Position numbers and translations under genes: made by a program
The notes under the pieces: model-generated
The model's input: the letters and a program-made list of their open reading frames with translations, nothing else
The model's database searches: none
Told to the model about the DNA's origin: nothing
DNA from: Chloroherpetonaceae bacterium
GTDB taxonomy: Bacteria > Bacteroidota > Chlorobiia > Chlorobiales > Thermochlorobacteraceae
Reading direction: 5' to 3'
Length of the DNA: 64,000 nucleotides
Assembly: GCA_046292465.1 (NCBI GenBank)
Contig: JBKBRB010000004.1
Span: forward strand, 36,329-100,328
Part shown: positions 52,946 through 62,102 of the stretch, piece after piece
How positions within the stretch are numbered: the first letter of the stretch is position 1
Layout of the letters: each line of letters opens with the position of its first letter

Positions 52946-53908
52946 ATGAAAAAAATTCTGCCGACCGACGACGGCAAGTTGATTCTCGCCGATGTTCCTT
53001 GCCCTGAACTTCGAGATGATGAAATTGAGATTAAAGTCATGGCGATTGGCGTCAATTACGCTGATGTTAAAATTCGCCATGGATATTTTTCAGACAAGAC
53101 GCGCAAAAATCCTGAAATGGGGTGCGAGGTTTCGGGCGTTGTAACGAGAAAGGGTCGCGACGCACATCGCTTTGCTATTGGCGAAAAGGTTTTTGCGGTA
53201 TGGCATTGGGGTGGTGGCTATGCCGAGTTTATCGTGGTGCCTGAATATGCGGCGTTTCGTTTGCCTGTGTATCTCTCTTTTGAGCAGGGCGCGGCGTTTC
53301 CTGTGATTGCGCAAACGGCGTATCACTTAGTCCACACCGTTGCGCATGTTGAGCGTGGCGAAACGGTTTTGATTCATGCGGCGGCGGGTGGCGTTGGCAC
53401 AATGCTGGTTCAACTTTGTGCAACGCAAGGCGCAACCGTGATTGCGCTTTCCAGTAGCGAGCGAAAACTTGAACGGGTCAAAAAACTTGGCGCAACCTTC
53501 ACGCTGAACTATTCCGAGCCGATTGTCGAGCGCGTCATGTCGCTCACCAAAGGCGAGGGCGTTCAAGCCATTTTTGATGGCAATGGCGGCGCGTTCTTTC
53601 CGCACAACTTCGAGATGCTCGGCTTGCGCGGCAGAGTTGTGCTTTTTGGCAACACCGCAGGCGAGATTCCTCATCTGAATCCGTATCAACTTGTTTATTC
53701 CTCGCATCAACTCATGGGCTTTTCTATGCGCGCCATTACGGCGAATCCTGAACTCTACCACGCCACCTATCGCTGGATTTTAGACCGATTAGAATCGGGC
53801 GAATTGAAAATTGAAATCGGACATTGTTTGAGGCTCGACGATGCCGAAGAGGCGCACCGCTTGCTCACATCGCGAGAAAGTTATGGCAAAATTGTATTGC
53901 GAACTTGA
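52946..53908 (+). CDS. NADPH:quinone oxidoreductase (MDR family)
   Basis: 'IGVNYAD', 'HAAAGGVG', 'GKIVL'. Confidence 0.9.
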   Translation: MKKILPTDDGKLILADVPCPELRDDEIEIKVMAIGVNYADVKIRHGYFSDKTRKNPEMGCEVSGVVTRKGRDAHRFAIGEKVFAVWHWGGGYAEFIVVPEYAAFRLPVYLSFEQGAAFPVIAQTAYHLVHTVAHVERGETVLIHAAAGGVGTMLVQLCATQGATVIALSSSERKLERVKKLGATFTLNYSEPIVERVMSLTKGEGVQAIFDGNGGAFFPHNFEMLGLRGRVVLFGNTAGEIPHLNPYQLVYSSHQLMGFSMRAITANPELYHATYRWILDRLESGELKIEIGHCLRLDDAEEAHRLLTSRESYGKIVLRT

Positions 53909-53954
53909 TTTGACGGGAGAAGACGTGAAACAAAATTCAGGACGGCTTACCGAT

Positions 53955-54111
53955 ATAAAAGCCTCAACATTCACAACGAACACTGAGGCTTAATAAGCAG
54001 ATTCGCTTGAAAATGTAACACTGCTTCAAGCATTAGAAGCATTCTTTGGCTTCTTGTTGTCATAGTTGCCGCCGTCCGCAAAGCCCTTAATTGAGCCTTG
54101 ATAAGCAGCAT
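53955..54111 (-). ncRNA. Candidate structured small RNA
   Basis: Minus-strand terminator at 53959-53991, promoter-like TTTG-N18-TAACTTCA at 54147-54118, three further hairpins; both flanking genes are on the plus strand. Confidence 0.35.
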
Positions 54112-54321
54112 TGTGCTTGAAGTTAAAAAAACTTTGAAAAAAACAAACGCTTCTGAAAGAAAAAGCATAAAGATTACGCTTGGCAAAGGGTTCAATAACT
54201 TAACGGTTTTATCATCGTGCGGCGGTGAAATTGATGCTAAAAATCAATATCTTGTCTCTGCGTTTTGTGCTTCTTTCGCACGCTTTTCCGCTTCAAACTT
54301 ATCATTATGGTTCATCCAGAT

Positions 54322-55533
54322 ATGAATGCCGCAAATATGAACGCCGACAAGCCATCGCATCAATCTTCTTTTGGATTCACAACAAACGCCGTCCATTACG
54401 CGCAAGAGGCTGACGAGCGCACAGGTGCTGTTGTGCCGATGCTCTCGCTTGCGACCACGTACGAGCAAGACGGCATCAATCAACCAAGAGGCGGATTTGA
54501 ATACGCTCGTGCTCAAAATCCGACGCGTGCGCAATTAGAAAAAGTTTTAGCAGGATTAGAAAACGCGCAATTCGCCAATGCGTTTGCTTCGGGACTTGCC
54601 GCGCTTGCAGGGTTGATGAGCCTCTTTGAACCGGGCGACCACATCATTGCCGGCGACGACCTCTACGGCGGCACAGTGCGATATTTCAATCAAGTCTTGG
54701 CAAAATATGGTATCACATTCTCCTACATCGACACGGCAAACCTGAACGCAGTCGAACGTGCCATTACGCCGAAAACAAAACTTATCTATTTGGAATCGCC
54801 GACGAACCCGATGCTTCGCCTCTCCGACATTCGCGCCATTTCCACACTTGCAAAAGCCCATAATCTTCTTGTTGCCGTCGATAACACCTTCGCGACGCCT
54901 TACTTGCAGCGACCGCTTGAACTCGGTGCTGATGTTGTGTTGCATAGTTCGACGAAATACTTAGGCGGACACAGCGACATCTTGGGCGGCGCACTCATGA
55001 CCAATGATTCATCGCTCTATGAAAAATTCGCGTTCAATCAAAAAGCCGTGGGGGCAGTGCCGTCGCCGTTTGATTGTTGGCTACTGATGCGCTCAGTAAA
55101 AACGCTCTCGCTTCGAATGGAACGCCACTGCGAAAACGCGCTTGCGATTGCACAATTTCTTCAGCAGCATAAAGCGGTCAAAACCGTCTACTATCCCGGA
55201 TTGCCGACGCACCCCTCACATGAGTTAGCCAAGCGACAAATGCCAAATGGCTTCGGCGGCATTGTGAGTTTGGATTTAGGCGGACGCGCCGAAGTGGAAG
55301 CCTTTATCAAAGAATTGAACATTTTTACCTTTGCTGAAAGTCTGGGCGCCGTGGAAAGTTTGGTCTGTTACCCATGGGAAATGACGCATGTGGCAGTGCC
55401 TGTTGAGCGTCGCTTGCAGTTGGGCTTAACCGAAGGCTTGATTCGGCTTTCGGTGGGCATTGAAGATAAAGCCGATTTAATCAACGAATTGAACCATGCA
55501 CTTTCAGCCGTCCAAACAGCAGTTGCTTCTTGA
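54322..55533 (+). CDS. Cystathionine gamma-synthase/lyase (Cys/Met PLP enzyme); start uncertain (54307/54322/54337)
   Basis: 'EYARAQNPTR', 'FASGLAA', 'ESPTNP', 'DNTF', 'SSTKYLGGHSD', 'RLSVGIED'. Confidence 0.92.
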   Translation: MNAANMNADKPSHQSSFGFTTNAVHYAQEADERTGAVVPMLSLATTYEQDGINQPRGGFEYARAQNPTRAQLEKVLAGLENAQFANAFASGLAALAGLMSLFEPGDHIIAGDDLYGGTVRYFNQVLAKYGITFSYIDTANLNAVERAITPKTKLIYLESPTNPMLRLSDIRAISTLAKAHNLLVAVDNTFATPYLQRPLELGADVVLHSSTKYLGGHSDILGGALMTNDSSLYEKFAFNQKAVGAVPSPFDCWLLMRSVKTLSLRMERHCENALAIAQFLQQHKAVKTVYYPGLPTHPSHELAKRQMPNGFGGIVSLDLGGRAEVEAFIKELNIFTFAESLGAVESLVCYPWEMTHVAVPVERRLQLGLTEGLIRLSVGIEDKADLINELNHALSAVQTAVAS

Positions 55534-55554
55534 AACATATTCAATCCATGCACT

Positions 55555-55842
55555 ATGCAGCACATCGATAAACTTTTAGATTTGCTTTCCATTCACGCGG
55601 ACGTTCAAAACAAAAGTATTATTGAGCAGGACGCAAGCAACACCGAACTGTTGCAGATTCAATCCGAGATTCAAGAGCTACGGACAGACTTACTGCAACT
55701 GCGCGCAGAGTTTCAGCAATTGCATAACGATTTGTCTAAAATCTGCATGATTCTCACCACGCCGAAAACTGAACGCATGGAATTTGCAATGTCGATTTTC
55801 GGTGATGAATTCGAAAAACTCAAAGAATCTGAAAACATTTAA
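55555..55842 (+). CDS. Small coiled-coil hypothetical protein
   Basis: Heptad pattern; paralogous to the next ORF. Confidence 0.7.
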   Translation: MQHIDKLLDLLSIHADVQNKSIIEQDASNTELLQIQSEIQELRTDLLQLRAEFQQLHNDLSKICMILTTPKTERMEFAMSIFGDEFEKLKESENI

Positions 55843-55869
55843 CGCCGTAATCTTCAACACCACACCACT

Positions 55870-56106
55870 ATGCATCCCGAAGAAAAATTGCTCGACGCTT
55901 TCGGCATTTTAGCCGACTTGCAAAACCGCTCGTTTGAAAAAGCGCATCAAACTACCGAAACGCTTGGCAATGTCAAACGCGACCTACAAGAAATTCGCAT
56001 TGATATGCTTCAAATTCGAACTGCACTGCAACAACTGCACTCCGACCTTGTGCGCGTTGCTTACCTTTTGGCAGAAAATGCACAAGCCGATTCGCAGAAG
56101 GCGTAA
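55870..56106 (+). CDS. Small coiled-coil hypothetical protein (paralog)
   Basis: Shares KLLD..I.AD.QN.S and QE.R.D.LQ.R...QQLH.DL with the previous ORF. Confidence 0.7.
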   Translation: MHPEEKLLDAFGILADLQNRSFEKAHQTTETLGNVKRDLQEIRIDMLQIRTALQQLHSDLVRVAYLLAENAQADSQKA

Positions 56107-56203
56107 TTCAGCCAAACCGATAATTTTTGACTTTCAACAGTTTGCATTTATATTAAAAAGCAATTCTGTTCCGCAGCAAGCATTCTAAAACTGACCCAAA
56201 CAA

Positions 56204-57316
56204 ATGTCTTTCACTGGCACCATCAAAGGATGGACGATTACGGAAATGTTACAGCTCATTCGCCAACTCAAAAAAACTGGCGCAATGATTGCGGAAGTAA
56301 CAACTTCTTACGGAGAGGTTACCAAAACTGTCTTTTTCCGAAATGGGCTGGTTATCGCTGTCGATACAGGTAGCGACGACTTGGGCGCAGTGCTTCTCGA
56401 GGAAAATTTAATTACCCGCCAAGATCTTGACGAAGCGATTGCACTTCAAAAAGCGAAGTATCCTGACAAACGCATTGAGCAAATTCTTTTAGCAACGAAG
56501 AAAGTTGATGCTGCCAAAGTCGTCAAAGCGATTCGTATTCAAATTGAACGCACCATTACCTCGCTGTTGCAGGAAAAAAATGTGCGCGTAAATTTTGACC
56601 CTGATGCGCCGCTCACCGTTCAAGGCCTGAGCACCGGCGTAGATATACAAGGCATTATGCTCTCTGCTTCCGTCAAGGTTGATGAACTCGGGCTTGTCAA
56701 ACAGCGCATTCCGAGCACCACACTTGTTCCCAAGTTGACGAAACGCGGTGAAGAAGAGAAAAATGAAATCGCGCTCAAACTGTCTGAGTGGAAGGTCTTT
56801 CTAGCGATTGATGGTAAAACCGACATCAAAACTATTGCGCTCAAGGTCAAGATGGACGAGGTTCAGGTCATGAAAGCCCTTTTGGTTTTCTTGGACAACA
56901 AATGGATTGAGCTTCCACAAGGTAGCGCTGCTGAGCGCAAGAAGGTTTTAATTGTCGACGATAGCGCCGTGATTCGCATAGCGGTCAAAAAAGCATTAGC
57001 GGATTCGGGCTATGAACTCTTAGACGCTGGCACGGGCGAAATGGGCTTGAAACTCGCCAAAGAAAAACAACCCGACTTGATTCTGCTCGATGTCATGCTT
57101 CCTGATACTACCGGCTTGAAAGTGTGCAAAACGCTCCGCACCGAGATGGAAATTACAACGCCCATCGTCATGCTTTCCGCAAAAGATGCTGAAATTGACC
57201 GCAACTTGGGAATTCACGCTGGCGCAAACGACTACGTTACCAAGCCGTTCAAAGACGCTGACCTCGTGAGCGTGGTCAATAAATACTTGAAGCAAGCAGA
57301 AACAACGACGGCTTAA
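56204..57316 (+). CDS. PatA-like response regulator: DUF4388 + MshEN-like motif + wHTH-like + REC
   Basis: 'FTGTI...EMLQLI...KTG...FFRNG' (DUF4388), 'LGAVLLEENLIT..DLDEAIALQ', 'EWKVFLAIDG', REC with VDD / LLDVMLP / TKPF. Confidence 0.82.
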   Translation: MSFTGTIKGWTITEMLQLIRQLKKTGAMIAEVTTSYGEVTKTVFFRNGLVIAVDTGSDDLGAVLLEENLITRQDLDEAIALQKAKYPDKRIEQILLATKKVDAAKVVKAIRIQIERTITSLLQEKNVRVNFDPDAPLTVQGLSTGVDIQGIMLSASVKVDELGLVKQRIPSTTLVPKLTKRGEEEKNEIALKLSEWKVFLAIDGKTDIKTIALKVKMDEVQVMKALLVFLDNKWIELPQGSAAERKKVLIVDDSAVIRIAVKKALADSGYELLDAGTGEMGLKLAKEKQPDLILLDVMLPDTTGLKVCKTLRTEMEITTPIVMLSAKDAEIDRNLGIHAGANDYVTKPFKDADLVSVVNKYLKQAETTTA

Positions 57317-57373
57317 GTCAAACACATTTAATTTTCAAAAAAACATTCACTCAACAAAGAACGCCTGTTAATT

Positions 57374-57739
57374 ATGCCTAAGGCTCTAATTATTGACGAC
57401 AGCGCCGTAGAGCGCACGATTATCTCCAAGGTCATGACCACACTCGGTTATACCATTCTCGAAGCCAACGATGGCGAAGAAGGTGAAGAAAAAGCTCGTG
57501 CCACCAAGCCCGACGTCATTTTGCTTGATGTCGTGATGCCGAAAAAAGATGGCTTTCAAGTCTGCCGAAACCTTAAAAAAGACGCTACCACAGGTAGCAT
57601 TCCAATTATCATGATTACCTCCAAGAACCAAGAAAGTGATAAGTTCTGGGGCATGAAACAAGGTGCAGATGTTTATCTTATCAAACCATTCAGCGAAGAC
57701 GACTTGATTTCTGCGGTTAAAAAAGCCACGAAAACTTGA
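57374..57739 (+). CDS. Single-domain response regulator, CheY/PilH-like
   Basis: 'IIDDS', 'LLDVVMP..DGFQVCR', 'SKNQESDKFWGMKQGA' PilH-like signature. Confidence 0.9.
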   Translation: MPKALIIDDSAVERTIISKVMTTLGYTILEANDGEEGEEKARATKPDVILLDVVMPKKDGFQVCRNLKKDATTGSIPIIMITSKNQESDKFWGMKQGADVYLIKPFSEDDLISAVKKATKT

Positions 57740-57780
57740 ACGACTTTCCCTTTTCTGAACTAAACGATTGCTTATGAACG

Positions 57781-58410
57781 ATGAATCACGAACGACTTGT
57801 AGAGCAACTCTCAGAGCTGAAGTTTGTCATTCCTTCTGGCATGACAACACGCGATTTAGAAGGCATGGCGAGCGTTTTAGAGCGGCTTCGCGCGATTGAA
57901 TCTGATAAAAGCACGCCTAAACACGACGACGAAGCTCGCGAGCAGTATATTGCCATGCTTATCGGAGAAAAAGAACTTGCGTTTCGCGTTGTAGATATCG
58001 AAGCGATTTTGGACGTTCAAAAAATCACGCCAGTGCCCGGCTTGCCGAATTTTATACTTGGCGTTTGTAATGTGCGTGGGGAAATCACCTCCGTCATTGA
58101 CATTCAGCGGATTTTGAACATCGAGTCGCGCCGTCAGAAATCGCGCCGACAAAAAGCTGCTGAAAAAATGGTGATTGCCAGAAACAATAAGTTTTCCGTT
58201 TGCTTCATCGTCGATGCCGTCTTGGACGTGCTTCGTGTCGCCGAACCTGAAATTGAAAAAGTCAATGCTGCCGACGGCGATATGGAGCGGCTTGCTCCGT
58301 TTTCACGAGGCGTTTATGTTCGCCCTGTCGACACAGGCAAACGCGATGTTGTGATTTTAATCGACACCAAAAAACTCTTGGACGCACCTGAAATGGTGCA
58401 GTTTCAATAA
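57781..58410 (+). CDS. cheW: CheW-like coupling protein
   Basis: 'ITPVPGLPNFILGVCNVRGEITSVID', 'FIVDAV'. Confidence 0.88.
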   Translation: MNHERLVEQLSELKFVIPSGMTTRDLEGMASVLERLRAIESDKSTPKHDDEAREQYIAMLIGEKELAFRVVDIEAILDVQKITPVPGLPNFILGVCNVRGEITSVIDIQRILNIESRRQKSRRQKAAEKMVIARNNKFSVCFIVDAVLDVLRVAEPEIEKVNAADGDMERLAPFSRGVYVRPVDTGKRDVVILIDTKKLLDAPEMVQFQ

Positions 58411-58457
58411 CCTAACTTTTGAGTACAATTTTTTTAAACCTTCAAATTCTTTGAGCA

Positions 58458-59936
58458 ATGGCAACTAATCCACAACAATCGGGCGAGCAAAACAAAGACG
58501 TATTGAACTTAGGTCTGGATTTAGACAGCATTTTGGGAGATGTACTCAGCAACGAGCAACAAGCCGCAACGGTTTTTTCAACCAGCGACGAAGGGCTTCT
58601 TCGCATCGATGGCGATAGAATTGTCTTAGAAGTTGATGAAGAATTGGAACAAGGCATTGATGAAGAAGCCAAAATGTTCCAAGCGAACGAGTTCTACAAA
58701 AAGAAAGATTGGTTTAATGCGCTCATTGTCGCGCTCGCGCTGAACATTCGTTTCAAGCAAGGGGTAGGCAAACGAAGCGACGCGATTGTGCGCCGTCAAG
58801 ACGAAATTCTCTTTGAATGTAATTATCAGATTGCGGCTGACCATCTCAATAAAATTAAGACCTCCAAAGGGGACGAACAGTTGGAGCACAAACTTGCCGC
58901 CATTATGCACTTCTACACAGCGCTCGACCAAACTCCGCTTAAAGGTCAAGAGCAATATCGCGATAAAGCCAAGCAGGTGATTGACAGCATGGTTACGCGC
59001 GACCGTGCTGGCGGGCAAGCTTACATCAAAGCCGGATTCTTCAAAAAAATTGAAGTGCCATCGCTTGAAGACAAAGCACAGAAAGCCTTTTATTGGAAAG
59101 AACGAGCAAACAATGAAAAAGACCCTGTCCGCAAAGAGTTTTATCTTTTGATGACCTTTGCTTCCGACATTGGCTACTTCCCCTATCAATTAGCATTGGC
59201 AAATTTCTACCTCGAAACCGGTCGTTTAGATGAAGCTTGCCGCTACATCAAGGTCGCCTTGCCACTCATCAAAGATGAAGGCATCGATTTTCTTAATGCG
59301 GTTCGCAAAAAAGATAGTGCCTACTCTGACCGATTCATCGAGCGACGTTTGAAATCCGATGTGCGACAACTTCGCAACCGATTAGAACAGCCCGACCCAA
59401 AAGAAGCCAATGAAAAAGACGAAGCCCGAAAAGCCCAAATGGCAAAACAGCGTATCCGCAAATTCCTCGAGACCGTCGACCTCTGGGAAAAGCAAATAGA
59501 ATCCATGAAACACGATGTGCCCTTCAAAGGCTCAACCTTGCGCGTTACATATATGAGTTCCCTTGTCGATTTAATGGAAGAAGTTTCTAAACGCATGCCC
59601 GGCGCCGTCGTCCAAGATTATATTGACCGATACAAAACCACAGAAGTACGCAGCACACAAAACCCGAACATCTTGAACTTCATTGATTTCAGTTTCAAGA
59701 ACTCGATTGTGCCTGACGAGAAAACCGTTCAAGGGTTAGTCGTGGAAGGCGAAGCCGAGGCGAAGTTGGATAAACTTATGAAAACCGTTGTTGAATACTT
59801 CAACACAGAAATTGGCATTCTCAACAAATCTCTGCTCGAAGCAAAAGCCAATGTTGCAAGAGATGTCGATGAACTTGTAAACGCCATGAAGTTGCAAGGC
59901 TATAAATTCAAATCAATACCTGTTCTGACCAAATAA
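58458..59936 (+). CDS. Hypothetical soluble helical protein (TPR-like segments) within the chemosensory cluster
   Basis: 492-aa ORF, acidic N-terminus, 'LALANFYLETGRLDEACRY'; no kinase motifs seen. Confidence 0.8.
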   Translation: MATNPQQSGEQNKDVLNLGLDLDSILGDVLSNEQQAATVFSTSDEGLLRIDGDRIVLEVDEELEQGIDEEAKMFQANEFYKKKDWFNALIVALALNIRFKQGVGKRSDAIVRRQDEILFECNYQIAADHLNKIKTSKGDEQLEHKLAAIMHFYTALDQTPLKGQEQYRDKAKQVIDSMVTRDRAGGQAYIKAGFFKKIEVPSLEDKAQKAFYWKERANNEKDPVRKEFYLLMTFASDIGYFPYQLALANFYLETGRLDEACRYIKVALPLIKDEGIDFLNAVRKKDSAYSDRFIERRLKSDVRQLRNRLEQPDPKEANEKDEARKAQMAKQRIRKFLETVDLWEKQIESMKHDVPFKGSTLRVTYMSSLVDLMEEVSKRMPGAVVQDYIDRYKTTEVRSTQNPNILNFIDFSFKNSIVPDEKTVQGLVVEGEAEAKLDKLMKTVVEYFNTEIGILNKSLLEAKANVARDVDELVNAMKLQGYKFKSIPVLTK

Positions 59937-59982
59937 CATTGCGGAGCCTGAGTATTTGTTCTCGATTTTAACACCAAAGCAG

Positions 59983-60034
59983 CCGTCCGCCGCGTTCGTC
60001 ATTCTCTCTGCCGACGCTCGGACGGTTTATCTTT
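59983..60034 (+). terminator. Hairpin/attenuator between the 492-aa gene and the MCP
   Basis: ccgtccg...cggacgg stem followed by tttatcttt. Confidence 0.45.
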
Positions 60035-60045
60035 AATTACTCAAT

Positions 60046-61998
60046 ATGGAAACGCAAAAACTTCGTCTCGACCAACGTCTCACGATTCTTGTCGGAATCA
60101 TTTTCGCAACGGTATTTATTGCCGTTAATGCCGTTCTGCAAATACGAGAGAGACATCAACTTGAAACTCAACTCAAAGAAGAAGTGATTTCAACGGCAAC
60201 GACCTTGCAAGGACTGTGGGAGTATAGCGCCGCGACGATTCTGCAACAGCCGTTTTCCATAACGGATTCAACGAGCGACCTGCTCACGCTCATTCACTAC
60301 AACCCGACGCTGTTTCCGACTGACACCACCTTTCAAATCCTACCGTCGCCGCGCCAATATGACATTCGCAATATCAAAGTAAGACAAGTCTCTCTCAATT
60401 TCCGAAATCCGAGAAACAAACCAGATGCGTTTGAGGAAAAATCGCTCAAAGAAATTTCCCGAGCAATTGCCGAACTCAAAACGAAAGGTCAAACGAAAAT
60501 CAACCCAGAATCTGTTGGGATATGGCAAGAGACGAAATTTGAAGGCATGCCCGTCTATCGTTACGTCCAACCGATATTCATTCGCAAACAATGCCTAACC
60601 TGCCATGGCGATCGAGCCGATGCGCCTGAGTTCGTGCAGTCAAAATATGAAACTGGCTATGGCTACCGTCAAGGCGATATACGCGGCGTAATCTCCATCA
60701 TTGTGCCTGCCGAAACCATACGCCAAGCCGAGACGCTTAATTTGCTCGTAGGCACTGGGCTCTCCATTTTAGGCATTGCGGCTGCCATTTCTGCCGCGTT
60801 TTATTTCATTCGTCGCCAACTCTCCGAGCCAATCCAACGCATTGCAGCATCGGCAAAGCGCATTTCTGAAGGCAACCTGACTGAGCGCATGTCATACAAT
60901 TCGGCAGACGAATTAAGCCTCATCGTTTCATCATTTAACATAATTGTCGACAACATTAAAGAGTCTGTCCGCGAAGTGCTCGATATGACAATGCGCCTGA
61001 ACCAAATTGCCTTAGACATTAGCAACTCGTCAACAGGCGTTATGAAAAGTTCGGAAGCACAAACCAATGCGGTCAAAGACATTATCCAATCCGTCTCCAA
61101 GATTGAAGAAACCACCGCAACCGTCTCGGAAGGCATGCAAGGACTGACCATCAACGTGCGCGAAACACGCTCTTTTATTGAAGACCTCATCAGTTCAATT
61201 CAAGAAGCGGCGCGAAGCATTCAAGACTCGAACCAAGTCTTCAGTCAAGTCATCAATGAAGTTCAGGGTGGGAAGTTCGGCATTGAACAAATCAGCCTCA
61301 CGATTCTCGGCATTACCGATAAGCTTGATTCACTTCGTCAGCAAGTGGCACAATTAGATAAAAACATTCGGGAAATTGACATCACTGCTGGTGCCGCCTC
61401 ACGCACAGCAAAGCAAACAAACCTGCTTGCGGTTAATGCAACCATTGAATCGGCGATTGCGAGCGAATCAAGCAAAGGATTCAGAGTCGTTGCCAATGAA
61501 ATTCGCGGATTAGCCGAACAGTCAGCGCGCTCTTCTCTACAAATTCAAGACATGGTGAACGGACTTCAAGCCAGCATGCTCAAAATCAACGACACGATTT
61601 TGGAAACCAATCAAGCCGTGCGCGACAGTTTTAACACGGTTAAAGATGCAGAAAAAACGCTCGATAAAATCACACAATACTACTCGCGCTCCAGCGCTAT
61701 TATGGGTCGCCTCTCGAGCCTCATTGACGCCCAAATGCGAAGTAGCCAACAGGTCACAATGAAAACGACCGACATGACGATTCGCACGACACAAATGATC
61801 GAGCAATCCGAACAGCAGCGTGCCGTCGGGCAACGACTTCTCAAATCGCTTGACGCGCTCAATCAAACCATTCAGCGCAATAAAGATGCCTCTTCTGAAA
61901 TTACACATTTGGCACAAGAACTTATCGGACAAGCCGAGCAACTGCAAAACATCGTGCGCCAATACAAACTCACGGAGTCTTCACAAATTTTCAGCTAA
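60046..61998 (+). CDS. Methyl-accepting chemotaxis protein with periplasmic c-type heme (Tll0287/DUF3365-like) sensor
   Basis: TM1, 'RQVSLNFRNPRNKPDAFE', CLTCH, 'GYRQGDIRG', TM2, HAMP, 'QTNLLAVNATIE...KGFRVVANEIRGLAEQS'. Confidence 0.88.
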   Translation: METQKLRLDQRLTILVGIIFATVFIAVNAVLQIRERHQLETQLKEEVISTATTLQGLWEYSAATILQQPFSITDSTSDLLTLIHYNPTLFPTDTTFQILPSPRQYDIRNIKVRQVSLNFRNPRNKPDAFEEKSLKEISRAIAELKTKGQTKINPESVGIWQETKFEGMPVYRYVQPIFIRKQCLTCHGDRADAPEFVQSKYETGYGYRQGDIRGVISIIVPAETIRQAETLNLLVGTGLSILGIAAAISAAFYFIRRQLSEPIQRIAASAKRISEGNLTERMSYNSADELSLIVSSFNIIVDNIKESVREVLDMTMRLNQIALDISNSSTGVMKSSEAQTNAVKDIIQSVSKIEETTATVSEGMQGLTINVRETRSFIEDLISSIQEAARSIQDSNQVFSQVINEVQGGKFGIEQISLTILGITDKLDSLRQQVAQLDKNIREIDITAGAASRTAKQTNLLAVNATIESAIASESSKGFRVVANEIRGLAEQSARSSLQIQDMVNGLQASMLKINDTILETNQAVRDSFNTVKDAEKTLDKITQYYSRSSAIMGRLSSLIDAQMRSSQQVTMKTTDMTIRTTQMIEQSEQQRAVGQRLLKSLDALNQTIQRNKDASSEITHLAQELIGQAEQLQNIVRQYKLTESSQIFS

Positions 61999-62102
61999 CA
62001 AAGCGCTCACCACGTAGAAAGACCAATAAACTTGCGTAGGCTCTTCAAACTGTAAGTGTGCTTCACTCTCATTAGGGGCAAGATTCCCATTTAGATAGCA
62101 CA

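Noticed and set aside
53909..54320. SAM-I riboswitch upstream of the cystathionine lyase/synthase
   Set aside because: TTATCAAG and CGGCAAC fragments occur only on the opposite strand, and the GAGGGA..GGCCC and GGTGC core is missing
54320..54350. 15-bp imperfect tandem repeat at the lyase start (MNAAN/MNADK)
   Set aside because: Two short imperfect units; only affects start-codon choice
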